A DNA stretch of 32,895 nt from Dehalococcoidia bacterium (lineage in GTDB: Bacteria > Chloroflexota > Dehalococcoidia > Dehalococcoidales > DAOWJH01): positions 1 to 32,895 of the forward strand of contig DAOWJH010000086.1 of NCBI GenBank assembly GCA_030640495.1, in the 5' to 3' direction. Under the pieces are notes generated by a model, which worked only from the letters and a program-made list of their open reading frames with translations, ran no database searches and had not been told where the DNA came from. Positions 25,422-32,895 of the stretch are shown here, in pieces. The translations under genes were made by a program, and so were the position numbers. Each line of letters begins with the position of its first letter. Positions within the stretch are counted from its first letter, which is position 1.

Positions 25422-25543
25422 ACGGGCTCTGCCAGGGGAAACTGAGGTAAACAGGGGTTTTTATAATCTTTTTACCCTTAGTTTTTGATTCCTCCCCCTC
25501 CCGTGTGGTAGCCTCAGCTGTAATCGGGCAAGTGGCATCCCGT
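25422..25543 (+). repeat. ~120-nt structured repeat element, copy A (possible ncRNA or 3'-UTR element)
   Basis: Starts 7 nt after the PTE-like stop codon. Near-identical to the reverse complement of 31333-31450 in its 5' 26 nt (1 mismatch) and 3' ~54 nt (3 differences). The middle is divergent. The terminal helix is ACGGG...CCCGT. Confidence 0.7.
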
Positions 25544-25646
25544 CTAAAAGACAAAAAGGGAAGAAGGTGGTTAGGTAGAAACATTCGGTCTTCCAGAGCA
25601 AAAATAGCAACTTGGAAGAAGTGTAGAGTACTCTTAGCGATTACGA

Positions 25647-26612
25647 TTATGATTTTGATGGAAAGACAGCTCCCATGAAGTGGAGAATTAACGCAGCGAT
25701 TGTTCGAGAAGTCATATTGCTACAGTCATAAGCAGGACAAAAACAAGCCACGTCAAAACCGACCACCCTTCCCCTTTTGGCTATCCCAACAAGGGTCTGC
25801 TGGACCTCTAAGAAGCTTAACCCACCTGGCTCCTGAAAGGTTGTGCCCGGTGCCACCGATGGGTCCAAAGCATCGACATCAAGGCTTACATAGATATTCT
25901 TAGCCTCGGGAATGCTCTCTACCACCTTACTAACTCCCATCTGTCTGAACTTATTAGCTGTAATGATTTTCTCGCCATACTTCAAAGCTGCGTCATAGGC
26001 TTTCCTAGAACTAGGTGGTAAAGGAGCTCTGAAGCCAATCAGCGTTATGTTATGAACGAAAGGAAGCTCAGAGCAGCGCCTAAATGCACTGGCGTTGAAG
26101 ACTTTTACCCCCTCCTCCGTCTCATCTTCAAAGTCCAGGTGGGCGTCAAGATACACAATATCAAGAGGTTCATATCTCTCAAAAGCTTTTACCACCAGAA
26201 AGGGAATCGTATGGTCCCCCCCGATGACCACGGGAAGGCTACCACGAGCCAATATCTGCCTGACCGTTTTAGCTACCCTCTCAAAGTTCCCCTCATTTTC
26301 AGTAGGTAGAATATTTACATCACCGCAATCAGCCATAGTAACACCCTTTAATTCCTCTACACCAGTATCAACATTGAACCACCCACAAGCAGCCTCAGCC
26401 TGGCCATCGTCGGTATAGGAATATTCGCTCTGGGCTTGGCGGACTGCTGCCGGACCCCACCTAGTGCCACCCCGGCACCACCTTCTCGAGCCGTAGTCGA
26501 AGGGAAGCCCTAGGAAGGCGATATCCGCTGAGAGCTCATCAAGATTGCTACAGGTAGGCATACCGAATAGTGTCTTAACCCCTGACAGAACATCCCTCGT
26601 TTTTTTTCTCAC
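25647..26612 (-). CDS. Arginase/agmatinase/formiminoglutamase-family ureohydrolase
   Basis: Mn-binding motifs GGDHTI, DAHLDF and SLDVDALDP. GTG start with an AAGGAGA Shine-Dalgarno site. It lies downstream of TRAP operon 3 on the same strand. Confidence 0.85.
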   Translation of the reverse strand: MRKKTRDVLSGVKTLFGMPTCSNLDELSADIAFLGLPFDYGSRRWCRGGTRWGPAAVRQAQSEYSYTDDGQAEAACGWFNVDTGVEELKGVTMADCGDVNILPTENEGNFERVAKTVRQILARGSLPVVIGGDHTIPFLVVKAFERYEPLDIVYLDAHLDFEDETEEGVKVFNASAFRRCSELPFVHNITLIGFRAPLPPSSRKAYDAALKYGEKIITANKFRQMGVSKVVESIPEAKNIYVSLDVDALDPSVAPGTTFQEPGGLSFLEVQQTLVGIAKRGRVVGFDVACFCPAYDCSNMTSRTIAALILHFMGAVFPSKS

Positions 26613-26847
26613 TGTCTTTCTCCTTATTCCTAAATTTTTGGATTTTGGGGGTCTTCAGTCCACATGCTGGTGCTAATGCTCTTTAATTGAGGTCATCGTT
26701 CCCCCAGTAATGCTTGCTCAGCAGCAGCTTTTGCTTACTATAAAACTTGCCGGTGAAAATCCCCCTTTGAGTATTTCTTTTATTCCAGGGCGCATCAGCC
26801 TTAGTAAAACACCCTCTGCTATCCTTACCTTCTACCGCTACTATTCC

Positions 26848-28167
26848 TCACCCAAGCGCAAAAACTGTTTCAGGAAGCCATAAGGCTAACTGCGGGAAGA
26901 GTAGAACCAAAACTAACACAGATGCTTGGATTATTAAAAAGGGCCAAATAGAACGGTAGATATCTGTTATGGTTACTCCAGGTGGAGCCACTCCCCTCAT
27001 ATAGAACAGACAATAGCCGAATGGAGGAGTCAAGTAGCCTAGCTGCATATTAATTATGAAAAGAACTCCAAACCATACCGGGTCAAAGCCAAAAGCCACA
27101 AGAATTGGGGCATACACGGGAATTGTCAATGTTATCATAGTTATTTCTTCTACAATGCAGCCTAAAAGTATGTAGCTTAACTGCATAAATACAACAAGCA
27201 TAATGGGTGACACTGTTAAGTCTGTCAATACTCCGCGGACTAACTGGGCAGTACCTATATCAATAAATATAGTAGCAAATATTTTCGCCCCGAAAATGAT
27301 CCACATAATGATACAGTTAATTACAAAAGTTCGGTAGCATGCCTCTTTAAATAGCTGCCAGCTAAGTTTGCGGCGAATAGCAATGGAAACTAAAATGGCA
27401 ACAGCTCCTACAGCAGCAGATTCCATAGGGGAGGCTATACCCAGAAAGATCGAACCTAGCATGATGACGATAATAACAATAGGTATAATTACTCCCCTGC
27501 TTAGAGCAAGCTTCTGCCTAAAAGGTAGCCTGTCTTCAGGGGGCACAACGGGACCAAGGCTCGGTCGAAAATGACATCTCAGACCTATATAGGTCATATA
27601 GGATGCTGATAGAATAACTCCCGGGATAAGCCCTCCGGCAAACAACCTTCCTATAGATGTGTGTGTCAACATACCAAAGATGATGGCGGTAACGCTGGGA
27701 GGGATGAGGATTCCCAATGCTCCACCAGCCATGATAGGAGCCAGTGCTATACTTTTGTCATACTTGTACCTGAGCATTATGGGAAGGGCGATAACTCCCA
27801 TGGTGATTACGCCAGCAGCGGCTACTCCTGACATGGCGGCAATTACAGTGCAAACTACCACTGTGGCTATGGCTAGGCCGCCAGGTACCGCTGCCAACCA
27901 GTGGCGTATAGCTGCATATAGTTCTTCTGCTAGGCCAGACTTTTCCAAGAGGCAAGCTATAAAAATAAATAGAGGCATCGCAACCAGGGATAGCGATACC
28001 ATTCCAGAATAGACCTGCATGGCAGCGATGGTAAGCACACGCGTCCCCCCGTAGATAAAGCCAACTACTATGGCGCTAGACCCCAAAGTGAAGGCCATGG
28101 GAAAGCCTAGAGCCAAACCAACAAAGAGGCAGGCAAGGAGTATAATTAGCAGTGTAAGAGGAGTCAC
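26848..28167 (-). CDS. dctM: TRAP transporter large permease
   Basis: 439 aa and the third paralog (GVIALPIMLRYKYD, LTPPFGYCLFYMRGVAPP). Confidence 0.9.
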   Translation of the reverse strand: MTPLTLLIILLACLFVGLALGFPMAFTLGSSAIVVGFIYGGTRVLTIAAMQVYSGMVSLSLVAMPLFIFIACLLEKSGLAEELYAAIRHWLAAVPGGLAIATVVVCTVIAAMSGVAAAGVITMGVIALPIMLRYKYDKSIALAPIMAGGALGILIPPSVTAIIFGMLTHTSIGRLFAGGLIPGVILSASYMTYIGLRCHFRPSLGPVVPPEDRLPFRQKLALSRGVIIPIVIIVIMLGSIFLGIASPMESAAVGAVAILVSIAIRRKLSWQLFKEACYRTFVINCIIMWIIFGAKIFATIFIDIGTAQLVRGVLTDLTVSPIMLVVFMQLSYILLGCIVEEITMITLTIPVYAPILVAFGFDPVWFGVLFIINMQLGYLTPPFGYCLFYMRGVAPPGVTITDIYRSIWPFLIIQASVLVLVLLFPQLALWLPETVFALG

Positions 28168-28679
28168 TTTAGCTCTTCCCTTTTAATAACTAACCAGAAA
28201 TTTCGTATAGCTAGAGCCAAAGTTTGAAGTAACATTAGCAAGGCGGCTAGAGGTATACATATCTTAACCGGATATAATGGAGAACGGAACATGGTACACG
28301 TAGTTTCTCTGGCTAGTGTAGAGCTTAGTGCCATGTTAAATCCTTGTACAAATATGAGGATGAGCAGCATAAAGAGAAGGGGGAAGGCTATTAAATCACA
28401 AATTGCCTTCCCCCTTTCTGAGAACCGGGCATAGATAACATCTGACCTAATATGCTGGTTAAGCAAAAGGGCGTAACCACCACCAATAACTGAATACGCA
28501 GCAAAGATAGCGCAGGTTATTTCATGCGCCCAATGCGTAGGTGAGTTAAATCCGTATCTTAAAACAACTTCATAGGCCAATATCAAAGTCATGAATATAA
28601 TGAGCACACTGAGAACCTTCCCGGTGTGCGCATTAATCATGCCAATAATACGCAAAAAACGTAAAAGATGATTACGCAT
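28164..28679 (-). CDS. dctQ: TRAP transporter small permease
   Basis: 171 aa with 4 transmembrane segments. 4-nt overlap with dctM. Confidence 0.85.
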   Translation of the reverse strand: MRNHLLRFLRIIGMINAHTGKVLSVLIIFMTLILAYEVVLRYGFNSPTHWAHEITCAIFAAYSVIGGGYALLLNQHIRSDVIYARFSERGKAICDLIAFPLLFMLLILIFVQGFNMALSSTLARETTCTMFRSPLYPVKICIPLAALLMLLQTLALAIRNFWLVIKREELK

Positions 28680-28703
28680 CCCTTAGGCCTGTAACTAAAA
28701 CTC

Positions 28704-29912
28704 CTATTTTAGCCCGGCTAGCTCGGCTATACCTGGCTCGTATTTGATTAGGAAATCTTGAAGTATTTGGAGTGCTTCTTGACTGGGCGCATCAGTGGAG
28801 AACTCCTCTGTAGCATCAAGCACTGCCTTCTGATATATGAGAATATCCTCAGCAGACCAGTCTATTATTTCAATTCCGCGCTCTTCTGCTATCTCCCAAG
28901 CCTCGGCATTAACCTTAGCCCCATCGTAAATTGCATAGGTGTCTGCCGCTCCAACCGCTGTGCTTACTATAGCCTTAAGGTCATCAGTAAGTTCGCCCCA
29001 TTCCGCTTCATTTACAGCGAACCAGTAACCCATCGTGTCTTGCGTATAAGGCTCTCGAATCCAATAGTCAGTGACGTCATCCCAGCCCATTTCCAGGTAA
29101 TCTGAAGCACAGGCGTAGGAAATGGCATCCACGAGGCCAGTGGCTAATGAGGTGTAGCATTCCCCCCCTGGGAACCACGTTGTTGCCGCCCCTAACGACT
29201 CCCAGGCTCCAGCGTCTGCTGTAGCCCCAGTCCTATACTTTATCCCTGGAATATCTTCTATACCATAGATAGGAACTGTTGAAGCAGTGCAACAAAACTC
29301 TCGCGTAACAACTACTGGTGTGACAATGTGTATACCAGGATAATATTTGTCAGTTTCCTCCCTTATTAGCTCAAGCACCCGACCGTTAGCCTCATATTGA
29401 AGATACTGCCTAATCTCCCAGGGTTTATATAGGACATGCGAGGCGTTGGATGCCAACATATAAAGAGGAACTTTACCTTCCCAGTAATCAAGATAGAGAA
29501 ACATCGCCGGGGTTGCGCCCGTAGAGACGAATTCTATCTGTTGTGGCACAGCACATAGCGCCCCCGGTAGCGTGGGCTCAGCAACTATGCGCCCGTCCGA
29601 CGCCTCGGTTATGTAATCGCATATATTACACAAGCAACGCCAGTGGATTCCTGCACTTGCCCAACATGATGGCTTCCATTTCAGCACCTCAGCCGGTTTT
29701 TTCAGGGCTGCAATCTCATCCTCCAGGTCGGCAACATCATCCTCCAACCCGCTAGACTTCGCCTTTTCCACAGTTAATTTTGATTCCAGCTCGGCAATCT
29801 CCCCGGCAGCCTCCTCTGGTGTCGCTGGAGCACAGCTTGCCACCAGCGGCACTGCCAGCATCAGAGCTAGACAAACACTGCCAAGTAACGTCAATAATCT
29901 TTTCCTTTTCAA
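28704..29912 (-). CDS. dctP: TRAP transporter solute-binding protein (DctP-type) with lipobox and coiled-coil stalk
   Basis: TTG start after an AAGGAGG Shine-Dalgarno site. Lipobox LVASC, then PATPEE and the heptads LESKLTVEKAKSSGLEDDVADLEDEIAAL. Also IKYR and LATGLVDA motifs. Confidence 0.78.
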   Translation of the reverse strand: MKRKRLLTLLGSVCLALMLAVPLVASCAPATPEEAAGEIAELESKLTVEKAKSSGLEDDVADLEDEIAALKKPAEVLKWKPSCWASAGIHWRCLCNICDYITEASDGRIVAEPTLPGALCAVPQQIEFVSTGATPAMFLYLDYWEGKVPLYMLASNASHVLYKPWEIRQYLQYEANGRVLELIREETDKYYPGIHIVTPVVVTREFCCTASTVPIYGIEDIPGIKYRTGATADAGAWESLGAATTWFPGGECYTSLATGLVDAISYACASDYLEMGWDDVTDYWIREPYTQDTMGYWFAVNEAEWGELTDDLKAIVSTAVGAADTYAIYDGAKVNAEAWEIAEERGIEIIDWSAEDILIYQKAVLDATEEFSTDAPSQEALQILQDFLIKYEPGIAELAGLK

Positions 29913-30139
29913 TTTGATAACCTCCTTATTCTTGAATTTCTGGTAGCTCTGTTTTTCAATCCTTTATCTTTGTCAGTATCACCCCCTTTCCGGGTCTCCC
30001 CGCTTAGTCTTCATAATCCCTCGGCCTTTCTTAAACCACTCCTCGTCAAAGCATCCTTACTTTGTTCAGCTTTTTTCGCTTCTGGCTTCCTCAATCCACT
30101 CACCATCCATTTGATAAACTTTTTTAGTAATACAGTATT
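29913..30139 (-). promoter_or_regulatory. Conserved 5' leader of TRAP operon 3
   Basis: Its reverse complement aligns with the operon 1 leader. Shared blocks are GGTGAG..GG.TTGA.., GATGCTTTG..GGAGTGG and TAAGCGGGGAGACC.GGAA.GGGGGTGATA.TG. Confidence 0.4.
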
Positions 30140-30168
30140 CTAATAACACAAATCACAGAGTTTGTCAA
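30140..30168 (-). promoter_or_regulatory. Candidate promoter of TRAP operon 3
   Basis: On the minus strand: TTGACA (30168-63), 17 nt spacer, TATTAG (30145-40) preceded by TGT. The same boxes and spacing occur at 16793-16821. Confidence 0.5.
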
Positions 30169-30302
30169 TATCTTCTCGGGCAATAGCTCGATCGCTTAGA
30201 TTCAAAGGTGCCCAGCTTCATGACATTCGCCATGCTCATGCTACAATCTTGTTAGCACGAAAAATTGATAACGGCTTGGAAGGTACTCCGACCGAAGAGT
30301 AA
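30147..30302 (+). pseudogene. Tyrosine recombinase (phage-type integrase) gene remnant, C-terminal fragment
   Basis: The short frame translates to ...AIARSLRFKGAQLHDIRHAHATILLARKIDNGLEGTPTEE*. LHDIRHAHATILL matches the integrase box II motif (HDLRHT.AT.LL). There is no N-terminal domain and the frame ends before the catalytic Tyr region. Confidence 0.55.
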
Positions 30303-30372
30303 ACTGAGGTTCGCCAGGAAAATATCGGCAAATTTGCCTTGAGAGGCTATTCTGAGGTAAAATTCAAAGCTA

Positions 30373-30462
30373 GGAGGGGTGTCCGAGTGGTCTATGGTGA
30401 CGGTCTTGAAAACCGTTGTTCCTGCAAGGGGACCGTGGGTTCGAATCCCACCCCCTCCGCCA
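30373..30462 (+). tRNA. tRNA-Ser (anticodon UGA) with long variable arm and encoded CCA
   Basis: Acceptor stem GGAGGGG/CCCCTCC. D-arm TCCGAGTGGTC. Anticodon stem ACGGT/ACCGT with loop CTTGAAA. Long variable arm. T-arm GTGGG-TTCGAATC-CCAC. Discriminator G followed by CCA. Confidence 0.92.
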
Positions 30463-30556
30463 TTTTGAAGCTAAATTAGCATGAGAAACAATTATTAAGG
30501 TTCCCTATAAATGGGGGCTTTTTCATTTTTGCTAACAGATTGCTAACGGCGAGTTT

Positions 30557-31201
30557 TCAACACTCTCTTCTTTTCCTCAACCGCCATAAACCCAAGATGA
30601 AGTTAAATCCTGGGACTTCTTTCATATACTGTTGATATTCGTCACCCCATTTTTCTATATCAAGCTTCTCTTCCATATGGATTCCATAGTAAAAGTAAAT
30701 AATCATTATGACGATTGCAGCAATTGAAAGGATGGTGAACGAAACATATTCACTGATTATGATGGGTAACAGAAAAGGCCACATCATCCCACCTGAAGCC
30801 TGGGGATGTCTCATAACACTGTATGGGCCTTCTTTATATAGAATGATGGCTTCGCCGGTTCGTTTAAGCCCTCCTCTTTTACGATGTGAAAGAATTCCCC
30901 AAACGAGAAAAAAGGTTCCGACCACCACGAGGACTATCGAAATATAGATTGCAACCGATGGGAAAGTGATGGCTCGCAGTTGGGCGAACCACTCCAAGAA
31001 ATCCAATTTAAAATGCCTTGCCCACGTGGGAAGAAGCCAAAGTATAAAATAAATGACCCACGGGATAAACTCCCAAGATCCCCCCTGTGTTCCTTCCGTG
31101 AGTTTTCTTTCTTCGAGCTTTTTGAACACTCCCTTGGAAGTGAGCTCTCCTCTTTGCAGTTTCTCTACTAAATCTGTTACTTTGCCTTTTTTCTTTTCCA
31201 T
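30557..31201 (-). CDS. Membrane methyltransferase family protein (ICMT/PEMT-like) with a ~45-aa soluble N-terminal extension
   Basis: Transmembrane-rich ORF with VMRHPQASGGMMWPFLLPI and HMEEKLDIEKWGDEYQQYMKEVP motifs. It is a distant paralog of 14695-15270. Confidence 0.6.
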   Translation of the reverse strand: MEKKKGKVTDLVEKLQRGELTSKGVFKKLEERKLTEGTQGGSWEFIPWVIYFILWLLPTWARHFKLDFLEWFAQLRAITFPSVAIYISIVLVVVGTFFLVWGILSHRKRGGLKRTGEAIILYKEGPYSVMRHPQASGGMMWPFLLPIIISEYVSFTILSIAAIVIMIIYFYYGIHMEEKLDIEKWGDEYQQYMKEVPGFNFILGLWRLRKRREC

Positions 31202-31210
31202 CTATCCCCA

Positions 31211-31224
31211 TCCTAAATTTAGGA
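31211..31224. promoter_or_regulatory. Perfect 14-bp palindrome just upstream of the ICMT-like gene start
   Basis: TCCTAAATTTAGGA is its own reverse complement. It lies 10 nt upstream of the start codon at 31201. It is followed by the tandem 10-mer CTTCAGTTGA x2 (31237-31256). Confidence 0.35.
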
Positions 31225-31332
31225 CACTGAGGGCAACTTCAGTTGACTTCAGTTGACTTAAGTGTAACAGTCTTAGCTGCAGTTGAACATTATGGACTTT
31301 CGTTCAATGGTGAAGTGAAAGGTATGGGAAAG

Positions 31333-31450
31333 GCGGGGTGCCACTTGCCCGATTACGGCTGAGGTACCACACGGGAGGGGGAGGAAGCTAAGCTAACAGG
31401 GCAAAAGGATAAAAATTCCTAGCACCTCAGTTTCCCCTAGCAGAGCCCGC
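31333..31450 (-). repeat. ~120-nt structured repeat element, copy B (inverted relative to copy A)
   Basis: On the minus strand it starts 8 nt after the alr stop codon. The terminal helix is GCGGG...CCCGC, a compensatory change relative to copy A (ACGGG...CCCGT). Confidence 0.7.
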
Positions 31451-31458
31451 ACTAGTTT

Positions 31459-32574
31459 TTATTTAGTAATATAGATACGGCGTAACCCAGCCCCTACTCT
31501 AGTAAATACCTCATTGCTTATAGTATCAGCCCAATTCGCAATCTCATCAGCATTGATTTCCTGGCTGCCTTGGTATCCCAGCAATACTACTTCATCACCG
31601 ACTTTTACCTCGGGCACAGTAGTTACATCTACAATGCATTGGTCCATACATACCCTTCCCCGAATAGGTACTCGTTGTCCATGTATCAGAACCTGCCCCC
31701 GATTAGATAGTAAGCGGGGCAAACCGTGTCCATAGCCAAAGGGGACCAGTGCCATTAAAGCATCTGTCTTAGCAGTCCAGGTCAGACCATAACTTACGCC
31801 CTCGCCTGGCCTTATCCAGTGAAGGCGGACTACCCGCGATTTGAGGCTGAGAACTGGTCGCAAGGGAACAGTCTTCTCAGTAGCTGGGGGCGGGTAGACT
31901 CCATACATCGCTATACCTACGCGAACTAGGTTCAGATGGGTCTCAGGAAACCTCAAGGCAGCAGCACTGTTAGCAGCATGCAGGAATCTTAGCTCGGGAT
32001 GGTTAGCGGCTACCTCGAGGAACCGCTGCAACTGAGTTTCAGTAACCCTTCGGTCTGGCTCATCTGCTGAGGCAAAATGCGTGTATAATCCTCCAATCCT
32101 TACCCGCCCCAGACTATAAATAAAGTGAAGTAAGTGGGGAATATCCTCAATGCTAGCCCCAGAGCGGTTAATGCCAGTATCTACCTTGACATGCACAGCA
32201 ATGGTGGTGCCGAGCTCCCGGGCTGCTCTATCTAGAGCGAGGGGAAGTTTGGTTTCGGTTACCGTGGGAGTCAGTTTTTTCTCAACTATTGCAATTGCCT
32301 GAGCGAGTGGTACCCCACCTAATATCAAGACTGGAGCCGTAATGCCAGCATTCCGTAGTTCCAACCCTTCTTCCAGAGAATGAACACCGAGCCACTCAGC
32401 ACCTGCTGCCACTGCTGCTTTCGCAATTTGAACAGCACCATGCCCATAAGCATTTTTTTTTACTACTGCCATTAACTGTGTCCCTGGTTGCAGGTGCTGA
32501 CGCAAGTTTCTGATATTATGAGTAAATGCTGACAGATTTATTTCGGCCCAGCTCAGCAAATCACCTTTAGTCAT
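31459..32574 (-). CDS. alr: Alanine racemase
   Basis: PLP-lysine motif AVVKKNAYGHG near the N-terminus. The C-terminal beta-domain has VSYG and MDQCIVDV motifs. Length is 371 aa. Confidence 0.9.
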   Translation of the reverse strand: MTKGDLLSWAEINLSAFTHNIRNLRQHLQPGTQLMAVVKKNAYGHGAVQIAKAAVAAGAEWLGVHSLEEGLELRNAGITAPVLILGGVPLAQAIAIVEKKLTPTVTETKLPLALDRAARELGTTIAVHVKVDTGINRSGASIEDIPHLLHFIYSLGRVRIGGLYTHFASADEPDRRVTETQLQRFLEVAANHPELRFLHAANSAAALRFPETHLNLVRVGIAMYGVYPPPATEKTVPLRPVLSLKSRVVRLHWIRPGEGVSYGLTWTAKTDALMALVPFGYGHGLPRLLSNRGQVLIHGQRVPIRGRVCMDQCIVDVTTVPEVKVGDEVVLLGYQGSQEINADEIANWADTISNEVFTRVGAGLRRIYITK

Positions 32575-32894
32575 ATTCCCTTCGGATATGCATGCTCAAG
32601 GCCTACTTGAGCAAACCAAGTCCCCTCTATTTTCTTGAGTTCTTTGACCAAATCTTCGGACAGCGGCTTTGGTTTATAAGTTTTTAATATTTTGAGGGTT
32701 TTTTCGTTTAACAGTTCCTCACAATTCTTTACACCTTCGCCTTTTACCAAGCTACGGTCAAAGACCGTTGGTACCCAAAATTTACGAAAATGCTTTAATG
32801 TGTGAGCCTGGGAAAGATAGTCCCCTCTCGGTCCCACACGCTCAATAAGGTCAAGGGGAAGGGTTTCATCATTGATTTCCAAACCACCCATCAT
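32571..32894 (-). CDS. MttB-superfamily (trimethylamine/glycine-betaine type) methyltransferase, C-terminal ~107 aa; the N-terminus lies outside the window
   Basis: The ORF runs to the window edge. VGPRGDYLSQAHTLKHFRKFWVPTVFDR resembles the conserved C-terminal region of MttB-family proteins. Its stop overlaps the alr start (ATGA). Confidence 0.65.
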   Translation of the reverse strand: MMGGLEINDETLPLDLIERVGPRGDYLSQAHTLKHFRKFWVPTVFDRSLVKGEGVKNCEELLNEKTLKILKTYKPKPLSEDLVKELKKIEGTWFAQVGLEHAYPKGI

Positions 32895-32895
32895 A

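Noticed and set aside
25488-25506. Resemblance of GATTCCTCCCCCTCCCG in the 120-nt repeats to the tRNA-Ser 3' end (GAATCCCACCCCCTCCG), as possible att sites
   Set aside because: The match is short, C-rich and low-complexity, and needs an indel. It is insufficient to call an attachment site.
26613-26847. Possible guanidine (ykkC-type) riboswitch upstream of the arginase-family gene
   Set aside because: I looked on the minus strand for the conserved guanidine-I elements as I recall them (GGUCCGAGAG-like and ACGR...GGGA blocks) and did not find them. An Infernal scan would be needed to settle this.

Overview
The window is bacterial. It has sigma70-like TTGAC(A/T)-N17-TAnnnT promoters, Shine-Dalgarno sites, dnaX-ybaB-recR and recO. 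Gene content suggests an anaerobic Chloroflexota/Dehalococcoidia-like organism, but the taxon cannot be proven from sequence alone. Housekeeping genes (eno, gap, dnaX, ybaB, recR, recO, lysS, serS, alr, tRNA-Ser) are interleaved with accessory blocks.

(1) The most unusual locus is at 2.5-7.5 kb. Two tandem paralogous CetZ-type tubulin/FtsZ-superfamily GTPases sit behind their own promoter. They converge on two Ala/Glu-rich coiled-coil genes. One of these is a 593-aa protein built from about 16-18 copies of a strictly 25-residue repeat.

(2) At 16.8-30.2 kb there are three paralogous TRAP transporter operons (dctPQM), with a MarR regulator, a phosphotriesterase-family hydrolase and an arginase/agmatinase-family ureohydrolase. 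All three solute-binding proteins carry the same lipobox-PAAPEE-heptad coiled-coil N-terminal module. Two of the operons share a conserved promoter plus ~220-250 nt leader.

(3) Two ~120-nt structured repeat copies lie in inverted orientation, each starting 7-8 nt after a stop codon. They bracket a 5.8-kb segment holding the minus-strand TRAP operon, an integrase gene remnant and tRNA-Ser.

(4) A second ~75-nt intergenic repeat family has two copies. Each has two hairpins followed by a mirror-repeat homopurine tract.

No CRISPR array, rRNA or intact mobile element was seen.
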